The translations under genes were made by a program, and so were the position numbers. A model generated the notes under the pieces. It was not told the origin of the DNA and did no database searches. It saw only the letters and a program-made list of their open reading frames with translations. From a virus, in IMG/VR virus record IMGVR_UViG_3300002131_000090, positions 32,001 through 96,000 of that record: a DNA stretch of 64,000 nucleotides. The stretch is one strand, 5' to 3'. This document shows, piece by piece, positions 48,150 to 57,543 of this stretch; the first letter of the stretch is position 1; every line of letters begins with the position of its first letter.

Positions 48150-48846
48150 CAAACATCCATTTCGTTTTTCTTTTATATAATACGCAACTGTCATTAACAT
48201 ACACTGCTTTATTTTTTAATTCAAATTTAACTATAGGATCAAGTTCAAGAGGTAATGCCCACGAATTATTCTTAATGTTTATACACTCTTTATACACAAT
48301 TTCCTGTTCCGCAGCGTTTCTGATACTTCGAGGATGAGTAATTGCAGTACTTGATAGAAAATAAAGATCGTTGCAATTAAACTCTGCAGTTGATATATCA
48401 TTGAAAGATACATCATTAAAATCGGATATTACAGTGTTACTGTAATCAGTAATTATTACGTCTACCTTATCAGTATATTGCCCAAGAAAGGACAATCTAG
48501 TTTGTCCTGGGTGTAATGCAACTTTTTTATTCTTAAAGTAGTGAATATTTAAAGGATGCAGTAGTTTACATCCTTTTTTTAGATCATCTAATATTCGAAA
48601 AAATGAATATAATTTAACTATACTGTCAGTATCAATTGTAGCATTATTACTATAAACTAACGTACTATGTTTAAATACAGAATGTATATCACCAGCTATT
48701 TTCTTTTGAATATTTCTTTTTAAAAAAATATTATTAGTGTCTTCTAACGTTAATTTAGCAATATATGTATTTGTATTATGCATACTATCAAACTCGTTAG
48801 TTAGATTTACGAAATGCAAATAATCATTTAATTTAATTATGCTCAT
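48142..48846 (-). CDS. Hypothetical protein
   Basis: 234-aa ORF with ATGA coupling to the upstream radical SAM gene; HPGQTR motif. Confidence 0.65.
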   Translation of the reverse strand: MSIIKLNDYLHFVNLTNEFDSMHNTNTYIAKLTLEDTNNIFLKRNIQKKIAGDIHSVFKHSTLVYSNNATIDTDSIVKLYSFFRILDDLKKGCKLLHPLNIHYFKNKKVALHPGQTRLSFLGQYTDKVDVIITDYSNTVISDFNDVSFNDISTAEFNCNDLYFLSSTAITHPRSIRNAAEQEIVYKECINIKNNSWALPLELDPIVKFELKNKAVYVNDSCVLYKRKTKWMFDV

Positions 48847-49910
48847 TTAAATTGTTCCCCAAATGGATCAAATTCGGCGCCGCATTTCATTGAGCATACT
48901 TTTAATTTGCCAGAGGCACAACTTGGTTTACTCCAGCTATCTTGTATTCTATCAAATATACCAGTAGCAAATACTGACTCTAATCCGTTACGTGCATCTA
49001 ACACACTTTTATTAGGAATAAAATCCCATATCTGTTCTACTTTAGGATCTTTATGCCACCATTTATACATACGGCCCGCAGTCCAACAACACGGTAATGC
49101 CAGACCTTCTGCTGTAATAAACAAACTGTTGTCTTTTTTAACTTTACAAATAATAGGTGCAGCATCATAGTATGCATCCATACTTCCGTATTTGTTAATA
49201 ATAACGTCTTGTTTTTTAAGTGCAGCATTTTGATATTTTTCATCTGGCTTTTTAAGTTCTGTTGTTTCGTTGCCTTTACGATCAACTGCTTGATGCTTGT
49301 CTTTAGGCTCTACCTTTGATGTAACAAATCTACCAGTTTTTTTAGCAACAAATTTTTCAAATCCCCATTTACTAGCAAGTGCTTCTGCTTCTTCTACTTG
49401 ATGTTGATTGTGTTCAAATATTAAAAAGTCCCAACGTGCTCTGCCGCCTGCTTTAATAAACGCTTTTATGTTGCGCTCTACATTAGTCCAACTAACGCCT
49501 TGACGATATATATGATTGGTGTCTTTTAATCCGTCAACACTAAAAATAACTGCTCCATTGCTGCCGATAGTTTTAGCAAGTGCATGCCACCATATTGTGT
49601 TTTTAGCACCAGCATTAGTGTTCATGCTTAACCACATTTTAGGATTGTGATCTCTAAAATATGTAAAGATTTCTAAAGTATCTCGTGCAATAATAGGATC
49701 GCCTAAGTTTCCGCACATATACATAGTATCTAACTGTGAAATAAATTCTGGCAGGAATATCTTTTTACAATCTTCAATAGTAAGTTCATCTAAATTAATG
49801 TGCGGATTGACACCTTTACCGTTCATATTACGATCACACATAGGACAACTAGCTTGACAGTTTTGCGTAACTTCTAAGTGTATACTTCTAATATCTTCGT
49901 ACTTATACAT
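48843..49910 (-). CDS. Radical SAM enzyme with a C-terminal SPASM/twitch domain
   Basis: CQASCPMC, GNLGDP, C-terminal C..LPCC..CSMKC. Confidence 0.9.
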   Translation of the reverse strand: MYKYEDIRSIHLEVTQNCQASCPMCDRNMNGKGVNPHINLDELTIEDCKKIFLPEFISQLDTMYMCGNLGDPIIARDTLEIFTYFRDHNPKMWLSMNTNAGAKNTIWWHALAKTIGSNGAVIFSVDGLKDTNHIYRQGVSWTNVERNIKAFIKAGGRARWDFLIFEHNQHQVEEAEALASKWGFEKFVAKKTGRFVTSKVEPKDKHQAVDRKGNETTELKKPDEKYQNAALKKQDVIINKYGSMDAYYDAAPIICKVKKDNSLFITAEGLALPCCWTAGRMYKWWHKDPKVEQIWDFIPNKSVLDARNGLESVFATGIFDRIQDSWSKPSCASGKLKVCSMKCGAEFDPFGEQFK

Positions 49911-50172
49911 CCATTACCAACTTTATATCTTTGCCAGGGCCGCCAACACTTGGCAGGAAAAAGTATTCTGCCATATACCACTTGATTACTGCACGATACC
50001 ATTTTTGACTGTCGTGATGTGCTTGTTTATTAAACTGGTGTATATTATTATTAGTGGTCTGCATTGTAGCAAGTGCTCTTGCACTTTCAAGTTGCAATCT
50101 TCTAACTGAAAACTGATCTAACAATACTTCAATACTTTCGTCTCTAAGACGATCACTGTTATTTAAATCCAA
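49903..50172 (-). CDS. Small hypothetical protein (start uncertain)
   Basis: 89-aa ORF overlapping the radical SAM start; its TTG start lies inside the orphan remnant. Confidence 0.6.
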   Translation of the reverse strand: MDLNNSDRLRDESIEVLLDQFSVRRLQLESARALATMQTTNNNIHQFNKQAHHDSQKWYRAVIKWYMAEYFFLPSVGGPGKDIKLVMDV

Positions 50173-50263
50173 TTCTCATAAACCTTGTGTACTTTTCTAG
50201 TTCTAGACTTCCTTTATATAATACATTAGTTAGAGGAGTTTGTCTACTAAAATCTTCAAGATT
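50159..50263 (-). pseudogene. Orphan 3'-end remnant of gene 50958-51803 (repeat D copy 2; 35-aa mini-ORF from ATG 50266)
   Basis: NLEDFSRQTPLTNVLYKGSLELEKYTRFMRIGFK* versus DLNNFSRQTPLNNVLYEGSLELEKYTRFMRIGFK* at 50958-51062; 91/105 nt. Confidence 0.95.
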
Positions 50264-50961
50264 CATTTTAGTTTTATACGACCGTTATTATTATTTAAAT
50301 ACGGGTGTGACAATACAGTTAACATTTTTTCACCCCCTATCTGCCTAAGTCTGTTATAATTAATTAAAATGCTATCTTTTGGCTGAGATTTTTTTATATT
50401 ATTTTTTTTAAATGTCATTGATTGAGTATTAGATAATTTTAAATTCTTATAATCTTTATCATAGTCAAATTTTAAATCTTCGTAATAAACAATTTCATTT
50501 AACAATTTATTTTTGTGATTCCATTCAGCAAGATCTATAATACTTTGGTATCGACTTTCTAATGTAGATAAAAAATAAGTTTCATCTATAACAAATTTTT
50601 CTAAATAAGGAGTATCCGATGCTTGCCATAAATTAGTTTTTTCTGCAATTAGATTACTTATAGTTGATTCAACTAAATCTTGTCTTAATATAGATATTAT
50701 ATACCAATTGTTATTTAAAAACGCAGTTTTGTCAGCATCCGATAATCTTTTGTTGATGTTAGAAAAATGGTCTTTACACACGTTATTAGGAGTTCTTTTA
50801 ATTGTTTTAATAATACGTTTTATATATTTTTGAGAATAGCTTTCCATATGTTCGTAATTAAACGGCTCGGGGTATTTTTTAAATTTTATATTAGAATTTA
50901 CAAACATATTTAGTAAATATGTGCTACCTGTTCTAGACTGAGAAACAATTAAAATATTCAC
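50263..50961 (-). CDS. Sulfotransferase-like protein (Stf0-like, inserted cassette)
   Basis: SQSRTGSTYL PAPS loop, EPF, R..L....S, YYEDL. Confidence 0.75.
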   Translation of the reverse strand: MNILIVSQSRTGSTYLLNMFVNSNIKFKKYPEPFNYEHMESYSQKYIKRIIKTIKRTPNNVCKDHFSNINKRLSDADKTAFLNNNWYIISILRQDLVESTISNLIAEKTNLWQASDTPYLEKFVIDETYFLSTLESRYQSIIDLAEWNHKNKLLNEIVYYEDLKFDYDKDYKNLKLSNTQSMTFKKNNIKKSQPKDSILINYNRLRQIGGEKMLTVLSHPYLNNNNGRIKLK

Positions 50962-51803
50962 TTAAATCCGATCCTCATAAATCTTGTATACTTCTCTAGT
51001 TCTAGACTTCCTTCATATAATACATTATTTAGAGGAGTTTGTCTACTGAAATTGTTAAGATCTGCACTGCAATTTACGTGTTCGTTAACTTCAAAGTAGT
51101 TATTACTTTGCAATACTATTAGTACGTTATAAGGAAGTTTGTCATACCATTCTGCAAAATTTGGAATGTGTTCACAACTTGTATTAATAATAGTATTAGG
51201 CTTGTCTGTTATCGGATAACTCATTCTGTTGTTAGCATTACTCCAATATTGCCAAGTATGTTCATTATAGTCTATATCCATAATGTCTTGAGTTAATGAT
51301 TTAAAACGCCATTGATCAGTAAACCACGGAGCATTAAATACTTCTGCAATATTAACACAAGTAGGATCAATATCAAAACTTCTAATTTTATCTATTCTAA
51401 GATTTTTTTCAAATAACATTGTAGCAAGTGTAGCATACCATCCTGCACAAAGAAATACTGTTCCTAAATAAGGATTAATTCTTTTAAGTTCTTTAACTAG
51501 CCATAGTTTACTTTGTAGCTGTCCTCTACTAAAACAGTCATTCCATATTTCTGTTTTATTTACAAAAAAGTTTTTAAATGCTGCGGTAAATTGTGTATCA
51601 ACATAGCGATCTAACATAGGCCATAGTTTCCAAGTATTATCTTCCATAATCAATTTGCGAAGATCATCTTTATTTTCATCTGTAATTATTCTAAAGATAC
51701 TATGTAAATCGTGATCAATATATGCTCTACGCAAATCAGTTAACTTACTATTAGTTGGATATAATAACTCAAATCTATCCAATAGTTCAAATGTTTGAAG
51801 CAT
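50958..51803 (-). CDS. Putative SAM-dependent methyltransferase-fold protein
   Basis: QLQSKLW, LCAGWY, SFDID, IINTSCEH, LQSNNY. Confidence 0.6.
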   Translation of the reverse strand: MLQTFELLDRFELLYPTNSKLTDLRRAYIDHDLHSIFRIITDENKDDLRKLIMEDNTWKLWPMLDRYVDTQFTAAFKNFFVNKTEIWNDCFSRGQLQSKLWLVKELKRINPYLGTVFLCAGWYATLATMLFEKNLRIDKIRSFDIDPTCVNIAEVFNAPWFTDQWRFKSLTQDIMDIDYNEHTWQYWSNANNRMSYPITDKPNTIINTSCEHIPNFAEWYDKLPYNVLIVLQSNNYFEVNEHVNCSADLNNFSRQTPLNNVLYEGSLELEKYTRFMRIGFK

Positions 51804-53130
51804 AAAACTGTTCCTTTAACCAATCAAAATCATTTATTAATCGTAATGCGTCTGTATTGCCTTTATTAGATTCACCGTATTTTCTGCCAAAATTAGCACC
51901 ACTAATCGCTAAATCGCCAAACGTTCTGTCATTACCTAACGTACACCACGTGTTAAGTCTAATATAAGTTTCCTCTTGTTTTTGTCTATCAATAATATTA
52001 CTGCTTAACTTGACACACTCTCTAAAAGCACTCTTCCACGTATTAAATGGGTCTGTATTAAATGCTGTGATATTAGATACAACATCTACAGTTCTAAATC
52101 GGTTGCTTATGCTAGTTGTCATATCAGGTTTGGTAATATCCATGTTGATTGTTAAATCACGTGGAAATAATTTTATACCACCATATCCATAAACAAGATC
52201 ATTTATTGGATTTTGACTTCTCCATACATGAACAATGTCTTTTTCCCAACGGTGGACCTTGAAATCAAAATCAAAATCATCTACTATTTCGGCATCACCG
52301 TCAACAATCCAAAACATGTCAGTATCACACAACTTTGCAGCAGCAATATGTGCCTGATGTATACCCTTTACTCCATGTACTCGTTTGGCATCTGGTCTTT
52401 TTTCTAAAAGTCTATTATAGTTAACGTCTGCATTAGGTTCTTGATAACTGATAAACACTACATCATAAGGCTTAGGAATACTTCCTATAACATTAATTTC
52501 TTTTCTATTTACAAGATGCTTAAACTCTATTTCTTTTTGTGTCACAGGTTTGTGCTTACTTAATAACCAAAGTCCGTTGTAAAGATCCTCGTCATCTTCT
52601 CTATGTATAAATGCGTGATTTTCATTTCTGTCATAGTTATCGTGATGCGATATATAAAACTGTTCAAAGATTTCTTGACTGACTAGGACATTTTTACTTG
52701 CAGTCCAAAACATTTCAGTAGTAGTATTTTCTAACGCATCTAGATAGTCTTTATACGAATCAACTAGAAATAAGTCAAATGTCTTTGGAGTACTAGCAAG
52801 TATGTCTACTTGTTTCTTTTTTACAAAAAATCTATGATTTATTTCGTTGTCTGTTATTATTGCATGTTTAGGTACTAAACAAACACCGTCATACGAATCT
52901 TTATTTAAAAATATATGTATGTATTCTTTACTCCAGTCATCTGGAATATAATCAAAATCAAAAGATTGTAAAACTACAATGTCATCCCACACTGCCCAAA
53001 AGAAATCAGTTAGACAAACTTTTTGTGCTTGTCTAAATGTTTTTGCATGTTTAGAGATAGGGTAGCGTTTTTTAAATTCTTTGTAATTTGTATCTAAAGG
53101 ATTTGCAGAAATAAAAATAATATCATACAT
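51787..53130 (-). CDS. Glycosyltransferase-like protein (repeated GT-A-like domains)
   Basis: Internal repeats YDIIFIS/YDVVFIS, WAVWDD/WIVDGD (DxD-like), YGYGGIKLFP, WKSAFRECVKL. Confidence 0.6.
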   Translation of the reverse strand: MYDIIFISANPLDTNYKEFKKRYPISKHAKTFRQAQKVCLTDFFWAVWDDIVVLQSFDFDYIPDDWSKEYIHIFLNKDSYDGVCLVPKHAIITDNEINHRFFVKKKQVDILASTPKTFDLFLVDSYKDYLDALENTTTEMFWTASKNVLVSQEIFEQFYISHHDNYDRNENHAFIHREDDEDLYNGLWLLSKHKPVTQKEIEFKHLVNRKEINVIGSIPKPYDVVFISYQEPNADVNYNRLLEKRPDAKRVHGVKGIHQAHIAAAKLCDTDMFWIVDGDAEIVDDFDFDFKVHRWEKDIVHVWRSQNPINDLVYGYGGIKLFPRDLTINMDITKPDMTTSISNRFRTVDVVSNITAFNTDPFNTWKSAFRECVKLSSNIIDRQKQEETYIRLNTWCTLGNDRTFGDLAISGANFGRKYGESNKGNTDALRLINDFDWLKEQFYASNI

Positions 53131-53132
53131 AA

Positions 53133-54653
53133 TTATTTTCCAATGCTTTTATATACATTGTACAACTCAGGAAACGTATTTCTAAAAGATGTGTTTCTTC
53201 TAAAATCGTGTTGATCTAAATACTTTACAAAATTCAATTCGTTTGTCTTTACTTCTTCGGTTGAGATAGTACTTCTATCTAAGAATATTTTTAAATTGCG
53301 TTCTGCTTTTTCAATTTCAAAATCATAAAATCCAACAAAATTATCAGTGTCAATATTTTCTTTCATAAAGTCTATTGCGCTCTGAATGTACGTAGCATAC
53401 TCAACAGGCAGCACATGTATATTTTGCCACTCTGGTTTACGCATAATTGGAATATCAAACCATATGCGCTGACGAGGATGTATCTCATAATCGGGATGAG
53501 TATTGTAAGGATCTACAATAGGAATATGTTTTATACCTTGGTTTGATCTGCTGTATTGATTTCTAAGATTTAAAATATTTTGTAGATATTCTTTAAACTT
53601 TGGTATGCTTAATGCATTAAATGTATTAATAAATGTTACAGTTGTATTTGCAGTTTCATCTAGCACTCTTTGTACATTCTTTTGCATAAGATTGTAATTC
53701 AATCCTGTACGTATGTATTCTGCTTGTTCTCCAACACTGTCTACACTTACAAACAACGCAAAATTCTTTAATGCCATGTTTACATACCAGTTGTTTCCAG
53801 ACCCAGGATTAAATCGTTTCTTATCTTCCCATATCTGAATTTGTTCTAGTTTTTTAAGTTTTTCTATAAACTTATCCATAAGTTCCTCACGCGGAGGACA
53901 CATATTTGTAGTAACACTAAGTTCTAACCAAGTGTTTGGATTTTCGTAAATGTAATCTAATACTTTAAATGTGTTTACATCCATCAACGGTTCGCCGCCG
54001 GTAATTCTAAACACTTCTAATTTTGTGTACAAAGTAGGCCACCAACGCCAGAACGCATCAAGATAAGGATTGTCACTTTGTTTAGTTTTTAAAGGCATTA
54101 ACCCTTGTGCTTCTAATGCAGCAATATTGTTATGTCCGATTGTATTTCCGTATGTATCAAGAATCTTAAAATCGCCATATTGCTTTATTTCATCTTCCCA
54201 AGCTGTACTAAGATGAGGACTGCAATACATACATTTTAAATTACACGCTTGGTTAAAGTTGACTTCCATGTATCGAGGAATGATATTTCCTGTATCAAGT
54301 GCATCAATAATATCGCCGCGACTGTTTTGCGCCCAGTATTCTCCAGATCTATAAATTCTATCACTACGATTTTTGTTATCTTCAATCTTCCAACAATAAC
54401 TGCAACCGTCTGGTCTTACACCAGCAAGCATTTGTTTTCTTTCTGCTTTCTTTTGCTGTGTATTATGCAATGCACTTGGGTTTGTTTTAATTTCTGCTAA
54501 GTCTACTTTGTGCAACGGCGGATGATAACAACTATGTGTCATTCCATTAGTTAAGTGCATTGACACTTGACTCCATTTAGCATAACACATAGTTGGACTA
54601 ATTCTTTTTAATTGAGTTTCTGCAATATCTGCAGAATTTTTATAAATGCTCAC
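53133..54653 (-). CDS. Radical SAM enzyme with an N-terminal twitch-like domain
   Basis: MCYAKW..HSCYHP..CSYC; CNLKCMYC; GGEP; close paralog of 62257-63621. Confidence 0.9.
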   Translation of the reverse strand: MSIYKNSADIAETQLKRISPTMCYAKWSQVSMHLTNGMTHSCYHPPLHKVDLAEIKTNPSALHNTQQKKAERKQMLAGVRPDGCSYCWKIEDNKNRSDRIYRSGEYWAQNSRGDIIDALDTGNIIPRYMEVNFNQACNLKCMYCSPHLSTAWEDEIKQYGDFKILDTYGNTIGHNNIAALEAQGLMPLKTKQSDNPYLDAFWRWWPTLYTKLEVFRITGGEPLMDVNTFKVLDYIYENPNTWLELSVTTNMCPPREELMDKFIEKLKKLEQIQIWEDKKRFNPGSGNNWYVNMALKNFALFVSVDSVGEQAEYIRTGLNYNLMQKNVQRVLDETANTTVTFINTFNALSIPKFKEYLQNILNLRNQYSRSNQGIKHIPIVDPYNTHPDYEIHPRQRIWFDIPIMRKPEWQNIHVLPVEYATYIQSAIDFMKENIDTDNFVGFYDFEIEKAERNLKIFLDRSTISTEEVKTNELNFVKYLDQHDFRRNTSFRNTFPELYNVYKSIGK

Positions 54654-55877
54654 TTAGCTATACTCGCGTTCTAATTTATCGTGGTCAAATAATTTGTCGA
54701 CCCATAAAAAGTTATCTTTAAAAATTACATCATTGTGTTGTTGTATAAAGAGCTCGCGATTATGTTTTGTAATTACCGAAAGTCTAGTGTTTAAATTTGC
54801 AAATTTTAGCGGATTTAACATTGCTAATCTTTCAAACTCATTTGCAATTGCTTGTAGTCTTTTATCATCATCTTCTATTTCGTCATAGCTTTCATCAATT
54901 AACGGGCTAAATGTTTTATACCCTTGCTCTCTTAATTCTTTCATAAAATAAGGAGTTGTAAAGGCAATAAACGGTCTATTTGCTGACATTGCTTTCCACG
55001 TTTTCTCTGTAGGAAATGATGGAGCAAACTCTTGTATCGGTATTGACTGACGTAGTCCTTTGTATGTCCAAAAAGGATCATAATGTGATTCAATTAAAAG
55101 GTGAATATTTCCGGACTGTATAAGGTTATAAGTTTGCATATCCATTTTGTTAGTAATACAATTTTCAGCTTTTACATCATTCACAAAGTAATCACTCATT
55201 GTATAAGGAATGTTACCTATCCATTTTTTTATCTTTTTAGAGTTACTATCATATCCTAGATCAGCTGCATCTTGAAGCATTTGTTCTTCTGATATAATTT
55301 TTAAACCGCCATATGGCAAGATATTGTTGAACGTATAATTAAACTGACTCACTATACTTCTATTAACTAATTCTAAATATATGTTAGTTCTATACAAATT
55401 GTAATTTCTTGATAGTGCAGTAAATCGATGCTTAGGTTTAATATTATCATCAATTATTGCTGTTCGTTTTAACAATAACGAAAATGCTTGTATATTTGGA
55501 ATATTAGGCATTCTTTCTAAGAACTTTTTTTCAGCCCAAGTTTTCCAAAATTCATTTAAAACTACTATGTATACTTGCTTTGGATTTATTTTTTGAGCTA
55601 ATATTGTACGAGCCCAATCAGTTAATTCACTCAAACTAAAATATTCATCGCCAAAGAACAATAGGATTTTTGCAGTTGAATCTGTTTTAATATGATCCCA
55701 ATGCGTGTCGTCAATAAAATTATTAAAAGATTGATTGTACAATACTCTGTCGTGCTGGTCGTACCAATAAACGGCATCTTTTTCATATGTTGCGTGATCA
55801 AGATGCTTCATGTTTTCATGTTTAAAGAGATGATGAAGCCCGGGCTTTTTTTCAAGTATTCTACTATATATTATCAT
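54654..55877 (-). CDS. Putative glycosyltransferase-like protein
   Basis: C-terminal TEKTWK...PFI...GYKTF...DESYD motif shared with 58531-59877; ATG 55877. Confidence 0.5.
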   Translation of the reverse strand: MIIYSRILEKKPGLHHLFKHENMKHLDHATYEKDAVYWYDQHDRVLYNQSFNNFIDDTHWDHIKTDSTAKILLFFGDEYFSLSELTDWARTILAQKINPKQVYIVVLNEFWKTWAEKKFLERMPNIPNIQAFSLLLKRTAIIDDNIKPKHRFTALSRNYNLYRTNIYLELVNRSIVSQFNYTFNNILPYGGLKIISEEQMLQDAADLGYDSNSKKIKKWIGNIPYTMSDYFVNDVKAENCITNKMDMQTYNLIQSGNIHLLIESHYDPFWTYKGLRQSIPIQEFAPSFPTEKTWKAMSANRPFIAFTTPYFMKELREQGYKTFSPLIDESYDEIEDDDKRLQAIANEFERLAMLNPLKFANLNTRLSVITKHNRELFIQQHNDVIFKDNFLWVDKLFDHDKLEREYS

Positions 55878-56584
55878 TATTTTTGATCTCTTTTGTCGTA
55901 CGGTTGGGTTGTTACAGGATCGACCCAATATAAACTTCTGTGCGGCATATCATCTGTTTTGTACTGAGAATCACTTGTATAATAAAATAATCTAAAAGTT
56001 GTACGTTGTAAGTCTTCCGGACAAGTCAACGGTTCTTTGTATCCGTGAAATCCTAATTTATGGTATTGCCAAATTACTGCTCTGTTGAATACACAATCAA
56101 TTGCGTTTACAAGATTGTTATTTTTAAAATCATAAAATCCTAGTGCGCCTCCCCAATCAGGATTCCATTCTGGAGTAAGATAAACAATAAACGATAATGC
56201 TCTGTGTAATTTTAATTTTTCATTCCAGTTAAAGTCAGTGTGAACTTTTAGAGAATCATTTTTAAAACTTTTGCTGTAACCTGCACCTGTTAAATACGGA
56301 TCCGGAATCAAGCTACCAATACCGGTTAGTTCTTCTAACCATAATAGCATTTTAGGACTATGCATATACTCTACAAACTTTGATGCAATTGGTAGTACTG
56401 TTAAGTCTTTACATTCCTTCATATAACTTTTATTTCTAGTAAATTCAGACCAGTGAGTATCATCAACTGTACGAGTTTCGTTGTACATACTTTTAGCAAA
56501 ATCTATATCTAAAAAGTTATCTACACAAGCTGTTGGTACAGGGTCGTTAAATTTTGTTATATTTAAATTATTTGATAAACTCAT
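55877..56584 (-). CDS. 2OG-Fe(II) oxygenase (prolyl-hydroxylase-like)
   Basis: VHTDFN, VYLTPEW...GG.L, FHG, R..FRLFYY. Confidence 0.85.
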   Translation of the reverse strand: MSLSNNLNITKFNDPVPTACVDNFLDIDFAKSMYNETRTVDDTHWSEFTRNKSYMKECKDLTVLPIASKFVEYMHSPKMLLWLEELTGIGSLIPDPYLTGAGYSKSFKNDSLKVHTDFNWNEKLKLHRALSFIVYLTPEWNPDWGGALGFYDFKNNNLVNAIDCVFNRAVIWQYHKLGFHGYKEPLTCPEDLQRTTFRLFYYTSDSQYKTDDMPHRSLYWVDPVTTQPYDKRDQK

Positions 56585-56602
56585 GATGCATCCTTTAAAT
56601 AG

Positions 56603-56630
56603 ATTATAACAGCTAGATATTATTTGTCAA
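56603..56630 (-). promoter_or_regulatory. Sigma70-type promoter
   Basis: Minus strand TTGACA-16-(TGt)TATAAT; AAGGA before ATG 56584. Confidence 0.7.
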
Positions 56631-57543
56631 GCAGTTTCTTGTGTATATACTCTGCTACACGACAATGGTCTAAGTGTCCTGGATGTATTAAGTCTCGTGC
56701 ATCGCATGTAAATTTAAAATAAGTTGATCTTGCAAAACGTGCTGCTGCTGGAAAGTACGAAAACTCAACTAACGGTACTCTGTCTTTACACAGTTGTTTA
56801 AATGATTTTGCTGTATAGTATGTTAACATGTTTTCGTTGTATATGTCTGTGTTTCTATATTGATATAATTTTAATAGTGTTTCTTCTCGTTTACCATTTA
56901 CATTAAAGGCATTCCATAATCCAATTTGCCAATATCCTTCAAATTCAAAATAACGAAAACGATCGCAAGCTGTCCAATTAACTGCAATTGCATGTGGACG
57001 ATCAAATCTTTCTAATAACAATGCTGCTGTATGAAGTAGTAATTCGTTTGATGCACTAGGTATGCCCAAGTTTACAACCTGGCGACCTGTTAATTGTTCT
57101 AATTCATATGCTATTGTTTCGTCATCCGAAACTCCAACACCAAATGTATTCGAGCATCCAATTAGAACAATAGCATCCTTCCAATTTACATCTTTCCACT
57201 CATAAGTTCTAAAACCGTTAGAGTTTAACTTATATGTTACTTTCTTATTTCTATACTTCCAATCCGGAGGCATTTTTTTTAGACTTTCTTGTAATGATGT
57301 AATTGAATCAGTATTACTATACTCGTCTGGGTTGATTCCATTCTCAGGAGTAAATCTCCATAATTTAAAATCAAAAGGCAGTAACGGATCCATTGCATAC
57401 TCAGGAAACGTCGATTGATCTTTAACTAGTTCAATTATGTCACCGTCAAGAATTCTTTGTAGTCGTTGTTCTTGACGTACTTGAGCTTTTGCTTCGAGTC
57501 GTTGTGTTTTTGCTTCGAGTTCAGATAATCTTGATTTTTTCAT
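56620..57543 (-). CDS. SGNH/GDSL-like protein
   Basis: GCSNTFG, NLG..SASN, D..HPG. Confidence 0.7.
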   Translation of the reverse strand: MKKSRLSELEAKTQRLEAKAQVRQEQRLQRILDGDIIELVKDQSTFPEYAMDPLLPFDFKLWRFTPENGINPDEYSNTDSITSLQESLKKMPPDWKYRNKKVTYKLNSNGFRTYEWKDVNWKDAIVLIGCSNTFGVGVSDDETIAYELEQLTGRQVVNLGIPSASNELLLHTAALLLERFDRPHAIAVNWTACDRFRYFEFEGYWQIGLWNAFNVNGKREETLLKLYQYRNTDIYNENMLTYYTAKSFKQLCKDRVPLVEFSYFPAAARFARSTYFKFTCDARDLIHPGHLDHCRVAEYIHKKLLDK

